Source: Lama guanicoe
Lineage: Eukaryota
NCBI GenBank assembly: GCA_013239625.1
Contig: MU053379.1
Location: forward strand, 1,966,866-2,030,865
DNA length: 64,000 nucleotides
Direction of reading: 5' to 3'
The first letter of the stretch is position 1, and every line of letters starts with the position of its first letter. The notes under the pieces were generated by a model. It searched no databases. It saw only the letters and a list, made by a program, of their open reading frames with translations, and was not told where the DNA came from. Made by a program: the position numbers and the translations under genes. Of this stretch, positions 1 through 12,409 are shown in pieces.

Positions 1-1778
1 CATTATCTCCTTCTCATTAGCAAAGATTCTTCCGCAAGCCATATGCTTTTCTTGTCTCAAAATACAAATGATTTGTTTTTCATCATAATCAGTTAGGTTC
101 TCGCCAAAGGTATGAAATAATTATTTGAGATGCAAATCTTGATGCTCAGGCCTCCCATCAGGATAACAAACCAGTTGGAAACCAGGGCATTTGGAGAGAA
201 AATGAGACCTGAGCCCAGGAGTTTGGTGGTGTTTTCAAACTTTGAACAAAAGCAAATCCTAAAAACAACTTATTAGACAGCAAACATTCATCATTTTCAA
301 AAGAAAGACTGGCTTTGTCCTTATCTCTTGTTTCATTTTTACCTTGAAAATAGATGCGTTTTTTGAAATGTGAATGATTATAAAGGGAAAGATGGTGCCT
401 TAAAAAAAAGTGGTAATTAAACAGATAGGGAGCATACAAGGTGAAGACTGAGGCTAGAGGAGACAGGGAGGCTGTTTGCCAATATTATGGAAGGTGGAAG
501 CTTCCGGGAAAGAACGCAAATGGAAGCTATCTTTGTGATGCTGAAAGGGCTATTCGTTCCTGATGCAGTCGTGTGAGGCTTGGAGAAGGCTTGTTACATC
601 ACACCCTTTGCTCTCTGAGGACCGTCAAGAGGAGGTGAGATTCCCGTGGGAGGTGAGATGCTGATAGGAAGTAAGAAACACGGCTCATTCTCCTTCAACC
701 CGGGCAGGGGAGAGGGTCCCCTACTGGGGAAATCAGCACCATTTTCTTCGAACACTGCTTTAGAGGAATGTAACCCACCTCGTTGCGTTACAGGTGTTTT
801 ATACTGCTTTTTCCTTTCCAGTAAATCTTTCCTTTCTGCTCATTTCAAGAATTGGAGCCTTCTCTTTTCTCTTGTTGATAATCATTTCCTTCTGGCTCGT
901 GATTTAACTTCTAAGACTCCTAACTGATATGCCTTCATTACTTAACTTTACCGCAATCTTTTTCTTCTTCAAAAAGCCTGCTGAGATTTTTTGATTGGGA
1001 TTGTGTTGGATCTATAGGTCAGAGAGAACTGATATCTTAACAATAATGTGTCTTCCAGCACATGAATGTGGTATACCTCTCCATTTATTAAGAGTTTAAT
1101 TTCTGTCTGCAGTTTAATTTCTGTCTAAGGTTTTGTATTTTTCAGTGCACAGATCCTGCACATCATATGTCAGATTAATCCTGGATTTATTACGTTTTTA
1201 TGCTACTTTAAATGGTATTGCTTTTTAAACTTTTAAATTTCTGGTATTTTGCCTTAATTTCAAGTTTTGATTGCTCATTGATAGCATTTAAAATTACAGC
1301 AGACATTTGCATATTGATTTTTGTATCCTGTAGCCTACTAAATCAAATATTCATTCTAGTATCTTTTTATATATTACATTAGTTTCTTTTTAAATAGAGG
1401 CTTATGTTGTCTGCAAATAAATACGGCTTTACTTCAATCTTTACAATCTGTGTGCTTTTTATTTCTTTTTCTTGACTTATTGCACTGGCTGGAGCTTCTG
1501 TAATATTGAACAGAAGCAGGGAGAGTGGACATCCTTGTCTTGTTTCATATGGGGGAAAAGCATTCCAGTCTTTCACCGTTTAGTGTGGTATAAGCTATAG
1601 GCTTTTCCTATTTTCTGTTTATCAGTTGAAGAAGTTCCTCTGTATTCCTAGTTTGCTGAGACTTTTTTAAAAATCAAAAATGATACTGGATTTTGTCAAG
1701 TGCTTTTTATGCATCTAGTGAGATGATCATAAAGTTTCTCGTTTTAATTTATTGATACGGTGAATTACATCAATTGAT

Positions 1779-2242
1779 TTTTTAAAATTGATGTGTGGTT
1801 GATTTACTGCATTGTGTTAGTTTCCAGTGTATAGCAAAGTGATTCAGTTTTATATATGTATATATATCCATATGTATTCTTTTTTCAGATTTTTTCCATT
1901 ATAGTTATGATAATAAGACATTAAACATAGTTCCCTGTGCCATACAGTAGGACCTTGTTATTTATTTGTTTTATATACAGTAGTTAATCTCAAGCTTCCA
2001 ATTTATCCTTCCCCCACTTTCTCCTTTGGCAACCATAAGTTATTTTTTTCCTGTGTCTATGAGTCTGCACTGTTTTGTAAATAAGTTCAATTGTATCACA
2101 TTTTTAGATTCCACATATATAAGTGATATCATATGATATTTGTCTCTGTCTGACTTACTTCACTGAATATGATGATCTCTAGGTCCATCCATGCTGCTAC
2201 AAATGGCATTATTTCATTATTTTTATGGCTGAGTGGTATTCC
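1779..2242 (-). mobile_element. Young artiodactyl-type L1 3' end, 5'-truncated, with TSD
   Basis: Antisense 3'UTR (atagttccctgtgccatacagtaggaccttgtt; ttagattccacatatataagtgatatcat). TSD acatcaattgat at 1767-1778 and 2243-2254. Confidence 0.9.
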
Positions 2243-2926
2243 ACATCAATTGATATTTGAATGTCAAACCAGCCTTGATTCCTAGGACACATCTCACTTG
2301 GTCATGATATGATTCTATAGTATTGGGTTCAATTTGCTAGAATTTTATTTATAATTTTGCATCTATGTTCATGAGGGATATTAGTCCATAGTTCTTTTTC
2401 TTGTAATGTCTGTGTCTGGTTTGAGTAGGTAACAGATTAATACTGGCCTTATAGATTAAGCTGTATGGGAGCCGGAAGAGTTTGTACAGGACTGGTAGTA
2501 CGTCTTTCCTGTTTCATACAATGAAGCCATCTGGGTTTCGAGTTTCATTTATATTAAGGTTTTTAACTACAAATTTAATTTATTTAATAGAGAGATATTC
2601 AAATGATCTATTTCTTCTTGAATGAGCTTTAGTACCTTGTGTTTGTCAATAAATGTGTTCATTTCATCTAAGTTGTCAAATACATTGGCATAAAATTATT
2701 CATAATATTCACTTAGTATCATATTAACATATAGGGAGAATCTGTATTGATGACACTTCTCTCATTCCTGATCTGTTAGTTTTATTGATAATGTCTAGAA
2801 CCAACTTTGGATTTCATTGATTTTCTCTCTTGTTCTTTTGTTCATGTGTTTGTTTTCTGTTTCGTTAATTCCCACTCTGATCTTTATTATTTTCTATCTT
2901 CTACTTACTTTGAATTTAATTTGTTC

Positions 2927-3635
2927 TTTTTTTAACCACTTTACTGAGGTGTGATTGACATTCAGAAAGCTGTACCTGTCAAATGTACGTGACTTGATGA
3001 GTTTGGAGATAGGACACATCCATGAAGCCATTGCTACAATCTGTGCTGTCAGCATATCCATCACCTCCCAAAGTTTCCTCCTGTCCTCTTTATTTGTTTA
3101 TTTTTGTGTATGTGTGATAAGAGCACAATGTAAGATCTATCCTCTTGGAAAAATTTTAGTATATGGTACAGTACTATTAACTGTAAACTCTAGTGTGTAC
3201 GGTAGATCTCTAGGATTTATTCATCTTATATGACTGAAACTTTGTCCCCTTTGACTCATGCCTCCCTGTTTCCTTCTCCCCCTGCCACTGGCAGTCATTC
3301 TACTCTTGGCCTCTGTGAGTTTGACATAGTACTTGTCCTTCTGTAGTTAGCTTATTCCACTTAGCATCATGTCCTCCATGTTCATTCAGTTGCTACAAAT
3401 GGTAGGATTTCCTTCTTTTTTTAAGACTGAGTAATATTTTACTGTAGATACAGGCCACATTTTGTTTATCCATTCATCTTTCAGTGGACATTTAGGTTGC
3501 TTCCTTGTCTTGGTTGGCTATTGTGAATAATCTTGCAACAAACATGGGAATGCATGTGTCTCTTCAAGATACTGACTTAAGTTTGTTTGAATATATGCCT
3601 AGAAGTAGGATTGCTGGATCGAATGGTAATTCTGT
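2927..3635 (-). mobile_element. L1 (L1MA-like) 3' segment of a 5'-inverted insertion
   Basis: T-run at 2927-2933, then antisense L1 3'UTR and ORF2 end (agaagtaggattgctggatcgaatggtaattctgt). Confidence 0.85.
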
Positions 3636-4134
3636 TGGGGGACTATCACAAGCTAAAATGATTCTGCACAGCAAAGGGTACAGTCAACAGAATGAAAAGG
3701 CAAGCGATGGAATGGGAGAAAATATTTGCTAACCAGATATCTGAGAAAAGGTTAATATTCCAATATATAGAAAGAACTCCTGCAACTCAGTAGCCAACAA
3801 AGAACAAAACAAAACAAAAACCAAACTATGCAAATAACCTGGTGAAAAAGAAAGGCAAGGGAACTGAATACACATTTCTCCAAAGAAGACATGCAGGTGG
3901 CCAACAGGTCCGTGAGAAGGTGCTCACCATCAGTAATCATCAGGGAAATGCAAACCAAAACTACAGTGAGATAGCACCTCACACCTGTTACGATGGCTGT
4001 GGTAACAACAAACAAGCGAATAAACAAATAAAAAGATATGTTGGCTAGGGTGTCGAGGAAAGGGAACGCTGGCGCACTGTTGATGGGAATGCTGTGTGGT
4101 GCAGCCACTGTGGGAAACAGAATGGAGGTTGCTC
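3636..4134 (+). mobile_element. Inverted 5' segment of the same L1 (ORF2 C-terminal region)
   Basis: Sense L1 ORF2 sequence (ctgcacagcaaagg; gaatgggagaaaatatttgc; catttctccaaagaagacat; cagggaaatgcaaaccaaaactac; ggtgcagccactgtgg...atggaggtt). Confidence 0.85.
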
Positions 4135-4699
4135 TTCTCCTAATTTTTTGTCTAAGGTAGATGCCAAGGTTACTGATTTGAAACTTCTCTTCTTTTTCAG
4201 TGTAGATGCACAGTGCTAGGTATTTCCTCTTACTTGGTGGCATTCCACAGAGTTTGATCACGTGATTTTATTTTTATTCTGCTCAAAAAGCCTCCTGATT
4301 TCTCTTTGCCTTCTTCTGTAACATATGGGTTATTTAGAAATGTATTGTTTCGTTTCCGAACATTTGGGAGATTTTTTTCGGGTGTCAGATGTGACTGATT
4401 TCTGACTTACTTCCGCTGTGGACGGGGAACCAACTTCATATGCCTTGATTCCTTTTACATTACTTGAGGCTCGTTTTATGGCCCAGCACACGGTTTGCTT
4501 CGATTTGTTTTGTCCAGTGTTGTGTGCGCACTCGCAAAGAACGTGCTGCTGCTGCTGGGCAGAGGGTTCCAGAGATGCCAGTTGGGCCAAGTTGGTTGGC
4601 AGGGTTGAGTCTCGTGCCTCCTGACTTGCTGCCCCCTATTTGCTTTCTTTCTACTCATTATATTGAGAGAGGGGGGTGTTGAAATTTCTTTGTTCTCTC

Positions 4700-5120
4700 T
4701 TTTCTTTTAGATCGTTTCTATTACTGTATCTTTAAGGCCACCGGTCGTTACTTCTGAAGCGGCCAGCCTGCCATTAATCCCGTCCGGTGTGTTTTCATCT
4801 TAGTGTAGTTGTCACTGGAGAAGCTCAGTTGAATCTTGTGGGTACGTTCCGTGTCTCCGCGTGACTATTTGAACTGCGGCGTGCAGTTATGACCACTGCT
4901 TTCACGACCCTGTGTGCCGATTCCCACGCGTGTCTGCTCGGGGTTTTGGTGAATTGCTTTGTCTCCTCAGCATGGTCCCTGTTTCCCTGCTCTCTTGCAG
5001 GACCGGTACTCTCTCACGGGCTATTCGGACATGGTGAACTTCACCTTGCTGGGTGCCGGTTGTTTTCGTATTCCTGTAAATATTCTTGAGTTCTGTTCTG
5101 GGGTTCAGTGGAGTTCCTTG
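4700..5120 (-). mobile_element. Probable L1 5'/ORF1-region remnant (L1MC/L1MD-like)
   Basis: Resembles old L1 5'-region antisense sequence (gtgaacttcaccttgctgggtgc...ttcctgtaaatattcttgag) and is contiguous with the L1 to its left. Confidence 0.55.
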
Positions 5121-5917
5121 GCCTCAGCGTCTGCGTCTGCGGGAGCCCGCGTGAAGGCCAGAAGCTGTGTGGGGGCAGTTTGTAAGGCATCATGAAAGCA
5201 GGACCAGCTAGGGCAGAAATCCCTCCTTAATGTGCTGTTACGAAAGAGGAAAGGAGGAATTACTGCTCTAAAGCTCTAATCTAAAGATTAGACAGAAGCC
5301 TTGGAGGAAACGGTCACAAAATAATCAAATCCGTGATGAACTCAGTAGGAATTAGTCCCAAATGAAGAGAGTCCATTTCAGGGCAGCGGATTTGCAAACG
5401 TTTTCTCTCCAGCTAGTTTTCGCCCCCGAGCGTGATATGAAAAGTGAGAGATGAATGCAGATGTTGGAGCTGTTATTCAGCAAACTAAAGTTTTCTTTAC
5501 AAACAAATGAACCAAGAGTGTCAGGAATGATGAGAAGCCAACCAAGGGCTTAGCACAGACTCTGCAGAGGCAGGGCTCCCACGGAATGAGGCCAGTCCCT
5601 CCAGGAGCCCAGCGACACCAGGGGCAGCTTTGAGGGGACCGGCATCCAGAGGAAGTTTCTTGCCAGCAAAGAGGGTAAAAATAATGGGGGAAAAAGATGA
5701 TTTTAAATCTATTGAGCAGAAGGAAAAGATCAGAGACGTTAGTTTCTTTGACAGATGAAAGCTTTTAAAATCTCACTCTGTCCTTGCAGAAAGGACCAGC
5801 AGTGAGTGTCCAGCCGCAGTTACGATGTCAGGAAGGAAGGCAGAACCCAGACAGGGAGCCAGGTGGTCCAGGACGGCCCAGAAAGGTGCCGTGTGTTGGG
5901 CTAAGCAGGCACTAGCA

Positions 5918-6115
5918 CAGTGCTGACCAGGAACGTTCTGTTAACGGTCTGCATCTTCACTGTCCAGGACAGTGGCCGCTGGCCACATACGGCTAATCGA
6001 GCGCTTGAAGGCTGACTAGTGTGACTGAAGAACTGAATTTTAATTCCATTTAATTTTAATCACCGTGCATTTAATCTCTGCATGTGGCTAGTGGCTTCTG
6101 TATTAGACAGCCCAG
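5918..6115. mobile_element. MER3-like non-autonomous hAT-Charlie element
   Basis: ctagtgtgactgaagaactgaattttaa...catgtggctagtggcttctgtattagacagcccag matches the MER3 pattern; a related copy lies at 51275-51476. Confidence 0.8.
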
Positions 6116-6339
6116 GTCTGGAATGTACCGACTGGGGCAATTTGAGCTGTCACTTTGAGACATCACATAAGACAGAGGGTTAGCCAGAGGGCTGAGGGGA
6201 GGGCTGGTGTGGCTTCTCTGCTTTTGTGTGAGAAGCTGACCTTGGCCCTGGCTTGTCCAGTGTCTTACGGTAATGGGATGGTACCCCCGTGGTAATGAAC
6301 TCTTACTCAGCATCTTATGCAGCATCGTAACACCTGTTA

Positions 6340-6790
6340 CATTTGTTATTCGTTGACTCAAGAAGTAGTTATTGGGCGCAACACGTGGGCTCCGCTCTGT
6401 ATGAGGATGAGGTGGTGAGCAAAGCAGAGCCAGCCTCTGTCATCATCCTCATGGAAGTGATAATCTAGGGAGAGGAACAGGCATTAGACCAAGGATTACA
6501 CCGATTTGGTTCAACTTAACTGTGAGAAGTTCTCTTAATAAATAGGACAGAGGGCTTGAGAACAGTGAACAGGACTCACTCATCCGGGAGCAGCAGGGGT
6601 CCTTGCCGAGCAAGGGACCTTTAAGCAGGAATCAGTCCAGCGAAGACGAAGCCGTGGGCGGCCAGGGAAGGGCACCGCAGGCGGAGGGACCAGCCGCACA
6701 CTGCTCCTGGGGCGTGAAGGACTTCGGGGCGTTCTGGGAACCATAAGATGCCAGTGTAGCCAGATTTAAGGGGTTTTGAACACTCAGGGG
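6340..6790 (-). mobile_element. L2 3' fragment
   Basis: Degenerate antisense L2 tail, then gtgagcaaagcagag...cctcatggaag...aatctagggagagg. Confidence 0.6.
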
Positions 6791-7204
6791 GTGGAGCCTT
6801 CAGGGGAAAAGAGTCAAGTGGCTTTTCCTGCCTTCTGTCATTAGCAGTGGAATTCTCTCGTCAAACGAAAAATTCTGCGAGCTCTCAGAGCGAAGCAGAC
6901 GGGGACGGAGGCGGGGCTGCTCTGCGTCCTCTGCGTGGAAGCCTCCCCGCAGGGCTCCGGGGCTCGACGTCACAGCGCTGGAAACGCTGCCGGCGTCGCT
7001 GCTGGTCTCAGATGAGGAAGCCGAGGCTCAAGGCAAGTGTGGGACTTGAAGTTCCCACCGCCTGAGAAGGGCAGAGGAGCCCAGCACTGACGTCGTCTGC
7101 CGGCACATCCTCCCCGCCCTGCCCCCATCATGTGTTCTTCTTGCTTTACTGCAAAGGAAAACACCCTGAACCTGTCGCTAGGGATTCCTTGGCGCCCCTT
7201 TCAG

Positions 7205-7450
7205 GATTCAGTTCTATTCAGCAGTAGTTTTGAGTACCTGTGATATGTGCCAGGTACCCTCCTGGGAGCTGGGAATGCATCAGTTAACAACCAGGACACG
7301 GTCTTCCCTATTCAGCGAGATACTGGGCTGGCTAAGCCAGCGGCCATTCTAGTTGTGGCAATCCTTAGGACGTGGCACTGTGGGCAGACAAGATGCCCGT
7401 ATCCACCTGCCCTGGGGAGGGTAAAAGTGGAAAGATCAGTGGTCAGCGAG
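7205..7450 (-). mobile_element. L2 3' fragment
   Basis: tattcagcag...ttgagtacct...atgtgccagg...gctgggaatgcatcagttaacaa is a typical antisense L2 3' end. Confidence 0.7.
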
Positions 7451-9414
7451 AGGCACTGAGGCCAGGGATTTAGTAAGTAGGCTTCGATACCCAGGGAACA
7501 GGAGCCGGCGGGGTCCCGGCTTTACCTGGCTCCTTCCCTGTCCTCCCATCGGCCCCCCCACCCCTCGTGCGTTTGTTAATTTGCATCAGCCCAGGCTTAT
7601 GACTTGCATGTGGGTTTGAATCCAGTTCCATGCAGACCTCGATGCACCGCAGCATGGTGCCGGTGGGGCCCGGTGGCTGGGTTAGACGTCCCGGGGACCA
7701 GTCGGGTGTGGTCTGTCCCAGGTGTGGGAGCCGTCCTGCCGGGCCTTCCTTCAGTGCTGACCGATGACCCGTTAAAGGAGGGAAGGGCTGTCCCCTCACT
7801 GAGCGTAGGTCTCTCAGCTGACGCCCAAGGCGGGCGGTGTCCCACCCTTGGTTTCTTCAAAGCCTGTGGGGGGTGGACGTGATTTTCATTTTAAAAGCCT
7901 GCTCGTTTTCCCCCACCTCCGCTCTCAGGGTTCTTAGGACGGAGACAGCAGATGGTAAGACATTCCCCAAGGGGGTCCTTCCCAGAGATTACTAGCCAGC
8001 GTCCCAGGCTGTTGTCTGCCCTTGTGGTGACCTCTTGCCGGGCATGGTTTTCTCCGCAAGTCAGGAATCCCCGTTGCCCCCAGTGTGTCTCGAGTCTTAA
8101 TTCCAAGGTCTGGTGTATTTCTCCGTCACCTCGGTCACTGTGTCGCCCAGAGGGCCCGCTCCTGGCATCCTCTCCAGCAGGGGGGCTGGAGTGGAGGTTA
8201 TTTTGGGTGCAACTGAAACCAGATCCTGGGACCCCCAAGGCAGTGCTTCCCCCATGGCTTTTCAAGAATCCAGGACCCACTGGTCCTCCAGGAGCATCGG
8301 TCTCTAAATCTGTCCCTTCTGTAAAGTAAAACTTACAGCTAGGAAAATCAGTTCATGTTGGAGAAAGCAAAATTTTGGTGAGGCTGCCGTCAGTGGCACC
8401 CTAGCTGCCTCCAGTCCCTTTTCATGCTGAGGTTGGGCGTGAACATATAATCAAAATGCCGTTGGTAGCCGGGCCACATGTGTGGAAACATAATTGAAAC
8501 AAAAAAGGCAGAGTGGCCTCTTGGGTTTGGTCACGGGGCGGGGTGCATAATTTCAGGTGCAGACCTTTTCACGATTGGGGTTTCCTCTACATCGTCATCA
8601 AAAATCATCTTGACACAAAGAACCTGATTTCTAGCAGCACGTTTGGCATCAGCACTGTTTCCAGCCGATTTAAAACAAAAATCCCAAAGCTTGAAGTATT
8701 TGGAGAATTAAGCTTTTATTTCTACTAAAGAAAATTCCCGAAAGGTACGGCTGTCCGGAGGGATGGGGGTGTGCATCCTGGGCAGTGTAAAGCTTAGGTG
8801 GCTTTTTCCCTTTTTGTAGAGTGAGATAATGAAATTGTTTTAACACATGGATTTGCGAATGTATCGAGGTTTGTTCAGTGAATGACTCCCTGTGCTGGAG
8901 GACTGTATTAATAAATACTCTGACAGCAAGTGCAGTTTCAAAACACAGCCTCTGCAAACCAGATGTGGAGTCGCCTCGTGGAACTCGCTGAAATCGGTGC
9001 CTGTTCCTCCTTCTTTGTTTGATTGCTTTGGAAAACTCACAGTTCAGTTGGAGAGGCTTCATGGCCTTCAGCAATATCGGGTGGCCTAACCCAAAACACT
9101 CAGGATTTTAGCAGAATGTCTAGTGTTCGTAAATATGTGCGATCTGTGTCCCTGCGTGCGTGCACGTGTGCGTGGATGAGGGAGCGGGTATTTGAATGCT
9201 GGTGCAAAGTCATGCTCCAGCTGGAAGAGTCCGCTTCCTTTGAGAGCCCTCCTGTTCTTGCTCGCCCGTGAGAACTACTGCGCAAGCACAGAGGACTGGC
9301 AAAGTGGACTGAGAAACAGGAGGGCGCAGAATTCCGTTTTAGAGCTTTTCTTCCCTTAATGTCCATACAGGGACTAAGAGGACTGACTCTGAGATCTTCA
9401 TCCGGAGACTCAGC

Positions 9415-9620
9415 TGAATTCTGCTCAAAAATGTTTATTGGGAGCCCCTTCTGTGCCTGTCCAACCTGGTGTGATTGTGATTCCTGCCTCAAGGGAATCC
9501 ACAGCCTAGCAGGGGATAAAGACACACACGGAGGATTTACTGGAATGGAGTGCCCACTGCCCTGAGGCGAGTAGGGAGAGGTCCAGGAATGTGGTGGCAA
9601 GAGTGAGAGGCAGCCCAGAG
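9415..9620 (-). mobile_element. L2 3' fragment
   Basis: aaatgtttattgggagccccttctgtgcc...cctgcctcaaggg...cacagcctag. Confidence 0.55.
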
Positions 9621-10933
9621 GGGAGCATGGTTAATGTGAGGGCCTGGGGGTGCAGCGGGCGTCCGTGGCACTCTCCGGGCCCTCCTGCCTGGGATGAGAC
9701 GGTGCCCTGGCCTTGGCCTCCCACTGCCTGGGTGAGGTGATTCAGTTGCTTTACCTGTTGTACGTGGGAGAAACTTCCCATCCATTTAGAGGGTGTGAAG
9801 TTTCCAAGACACAAGTACACGCCTCGGGGGAGTGGGGAGATGGCCCTCGTAAGAGATGGCCGTTGGTGGACTTGCAGTCCGTCCAGGCCCCCTCCATGAC
9901 CTGTCCCGGACAAGCATCACCAATCAGTCACCACACTGCTTTCTGCTGGTCGCCGTCAAGATGATGAACCAGGCAGTTTCTACCAGTCGGAGAGGCTGGC
10001 ACCAGGAGGACACCTCCTGACTAGTCCAGAGGGTCTCTTTCTGAAAACCGAGAGGGGAGGTGGGCTTACAGAGCTTGTTGGTCAGGGATGATGGACGCTC
10101 CCAAGGACCAAAGCCAGTCTTGTCAGTGGCCCGGGGGCAGAGGAGCGTGGCCACCCCGGCGAGCAGCTGGGCAGCAGTGCGGAGAGGCTGCCTGAGGGGC
10201 TCTGAGGCGAAGACATAGTGATGCGGTCCCTTGTGGTCTCATCCAGTGAAATGATGGCAGTGGGAGATTTGGGGACAGTCGGACGTGCTCTTCCAGTAGA
10301 AAGTATTTGTCGTCTTTAGTTCCTCTGTGTCCCACTTTCCCTCTTCCTCCTGGGGGCGAAGAAGGGGGCGGCTGGGGCTCTGATGGTGCGCGCTCCAGCT
10401 GCTCCGGGCGTCCAGGGAGGCCGCCTGGCCAAGTGGGGCTGCCTTTCATGTCAGAACAGAGAAAGGGAAACAACAAAGTTTCCCTGGCTTTAGAAGAGAG
10501 CTACAGAAAAAAGACCTCCAAGGAGAATAAACGAACCACAAAAGTGTCTATTTTGGGAGTCCAGCTCCTGGTGATTATCTCGGACATGGGAAGGAAAATA
10601 CAAAGGGAAAAAACTGTCCTACGGCACCGCCGCCACCAAGGCCAGTGACCGTCCGGCTGTGTCGGTTTCCCCGCGTCCCGTGTTCTGTTGCCCGTTTCCC
10701 CTTTCCCCTCCGCATCGGTTGACAAACCTTCTGTGGTTTCATCAGGAAGTGTTGACAATGCTGTGTTTCTGTCATGCTGACCACACCCTACCTCACTTGG
10801 CACAGGGTCTCCATGAGCTCAGAGCAAGTCCTGGTGCCCCTTTCTGCTTTAGTGGGGTTGGGGTACAGCGGTCCAGGTGAGAACTGCTGACAGTTCCAAG
10901 AGAACCGGGTGGTTTTATAAAAGTGAACCTGTA

Positions 10934-11148
10934 CGAAGCACACTCAGAGGCATAGAAAACAAACTTACGGTTACCAGGTGGGGAGGGGGGTGGGAAGGGA
11001 TAAATTGGGAGTTCAAGATTTGCAGATACTGACTATTATACATAAAATAGATCAACAGCAACTTTATACTGTACGGCACAGGGAACTATATTCAATGTCT
11101 TGTAGTAACCTAGAATGAAAAAGAACATGAAAACGAATAATGAAACAG
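10934..11148 (+). mobile_element. Young artiodactyl-type L1 3'UTR fragment with TSD
   Basis: aaacaaacttacggttacc...gggataaattggggagttcaagatttgcagatac...gcacagggaactatattcaa. TSD aagtgaacctgta (10921-10933) and aagtaaacctgta (11149-11161). Confidence 0.9.
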
Positions 11149-11324
11149 AAGTAAACCTGTAAAACCGGTTCCTTCTTTGAACATTCTTTCTGTGACACTT
11201 AAAAAAAAATACCCACTGTTGGCCAAGCACTTCTAAGCATAGAAAAGAGGACAGGAACCTCAAAAAAAAAAGAAGTGAGAAAAAATGTTGAGTACTCCTG
11301 CCTTTAAACTCAAACGGGAGGCTT

Positions 11325-11700
11325 TTTTAGATTTTATCTGTGAAAGAAACACGTTTTCCTTGAAGAAAATTTGTAGAACACGGACAGTACAAAGAACAAT
11401 GTCCTTCTCACTCGATCACGCAGAGTTACATCATTATCATTGCCTTTGTTGTTATCGTCATGTTGTTATAAAATCTTTACAGCATGGATTTTAACAGCTG
11501 CATAATATTTCACCATTCATAAACAATTAACACATATGACAGGTTCCCTGTTTTTCTTTATGGGAGTTGCTTTCAAGTTTTTCATATTCTGAGGACCATC
11601 CCTTGCCCAGCTTGTTGTCTCCATCCCTGTCTTTGTCATCAGGAGACATTCCTAGAAGCAAAACATTGGCCAAAGGTTTCCGGATATTTTCAAGATTTGA
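11325..11700 (-). mobile_element. Ancient L1 (L1ME-like) 3' fragment
   Basis: ttttaacagctgcataatattt...gttgctttcaagttttt...attcctagaag pattern. Confidence 0.55.
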
Positions 11701-11789
11701 GAAATTCTCTGGGTAAAAAAAATGCATCCGTATAATGTGAGAAGTAATATATAGAGTAGCTCACCAGGGAAATGAGATTGACTTTCATG

Positions 11790-11910
11790 CTTTCATGCAT
11801 GCATTCATTCATTCGTCATTCATGCAGGAAACATTCATTGAGCTCCTGCTGTATGCGCTTACCATTCTGGGCAAAGAAGTCATGGAAACGAACAAGAGAA
11901 ACTGGGCTTG
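11790..11910 (-). mobile_element. L2 3' tail
   Basis: (cattcatt)n followed by aaacattcattgagctcctgctgtatg. Confidence 0.7.
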
Positions 11911-12409
11911 AGTGAAGGGAGAGAGAATCAAGGAATGCATTCAAGAAGCAGCCATTTTCAGGGAGAGTGGGCTAGGGAGCCCAGCGGTCCTGGGTGCTGT
12001 CATTGAGAGTGGTTGGTGGGGAGAGGACCTCCAGATCCTGCAGACTGTAGATCCAGAGCGGCTGAGACCTGAATTGCAGGGAGCTGATCTTTCCTGGAGG
12101 AGAATCAGCAGGTGTGCAGCCCCGGCCTGGGCCCTCTGTGTGCAGGTGAGGGAGGTCGGGGCAGCCGGGCCAGGCTCTGTGGGATTAAGGAAGCATGTTG
12201 ACACTGAGGGACCCGGGGGCAGGGTGCGCACACCAGTAATGATAGTGATCGTTTAGACGTGTCAGTCTCCTGGTGAAGGCAGGCCTGTGCCGCTGCTGGA
12301 CGGACAGGTGCCCTGAGACGGAGGAGCGCCTTGCGGGCTGTTGTGACCAACGCACGGGACAAAGTTCACGGCACATTTGTGAGTGAGCCGCTGAGTCGGG
12401 AGGCTGCAG

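Larger units (their letters stand above)
975..4690 (-). mobile_element. Old LINE-1 (L1M-type) ORF2 remnant, reverse transcriptase to endonuclease region, interrupted by two younger L1 insertions
   Basis: ORF 1379..1576(-) reads [20 protein letters not shown]...AISQEKEIK...[10 protein letters not shown], a decayed L1 RT motif ([15 protein letters not shown]...LFADD). Antisense L1 ORF2-like sequence resumes at 2255-2925 and 4135-4690 (endonuclease region, frameshifted). Confidence 0.9.

Noticed and set aside
1093..1126. 16-bp direct repeat (similar 14-bp repeat at about 61179-61216)
   Set aside because: Ordinary slippage-type micro-duplications.
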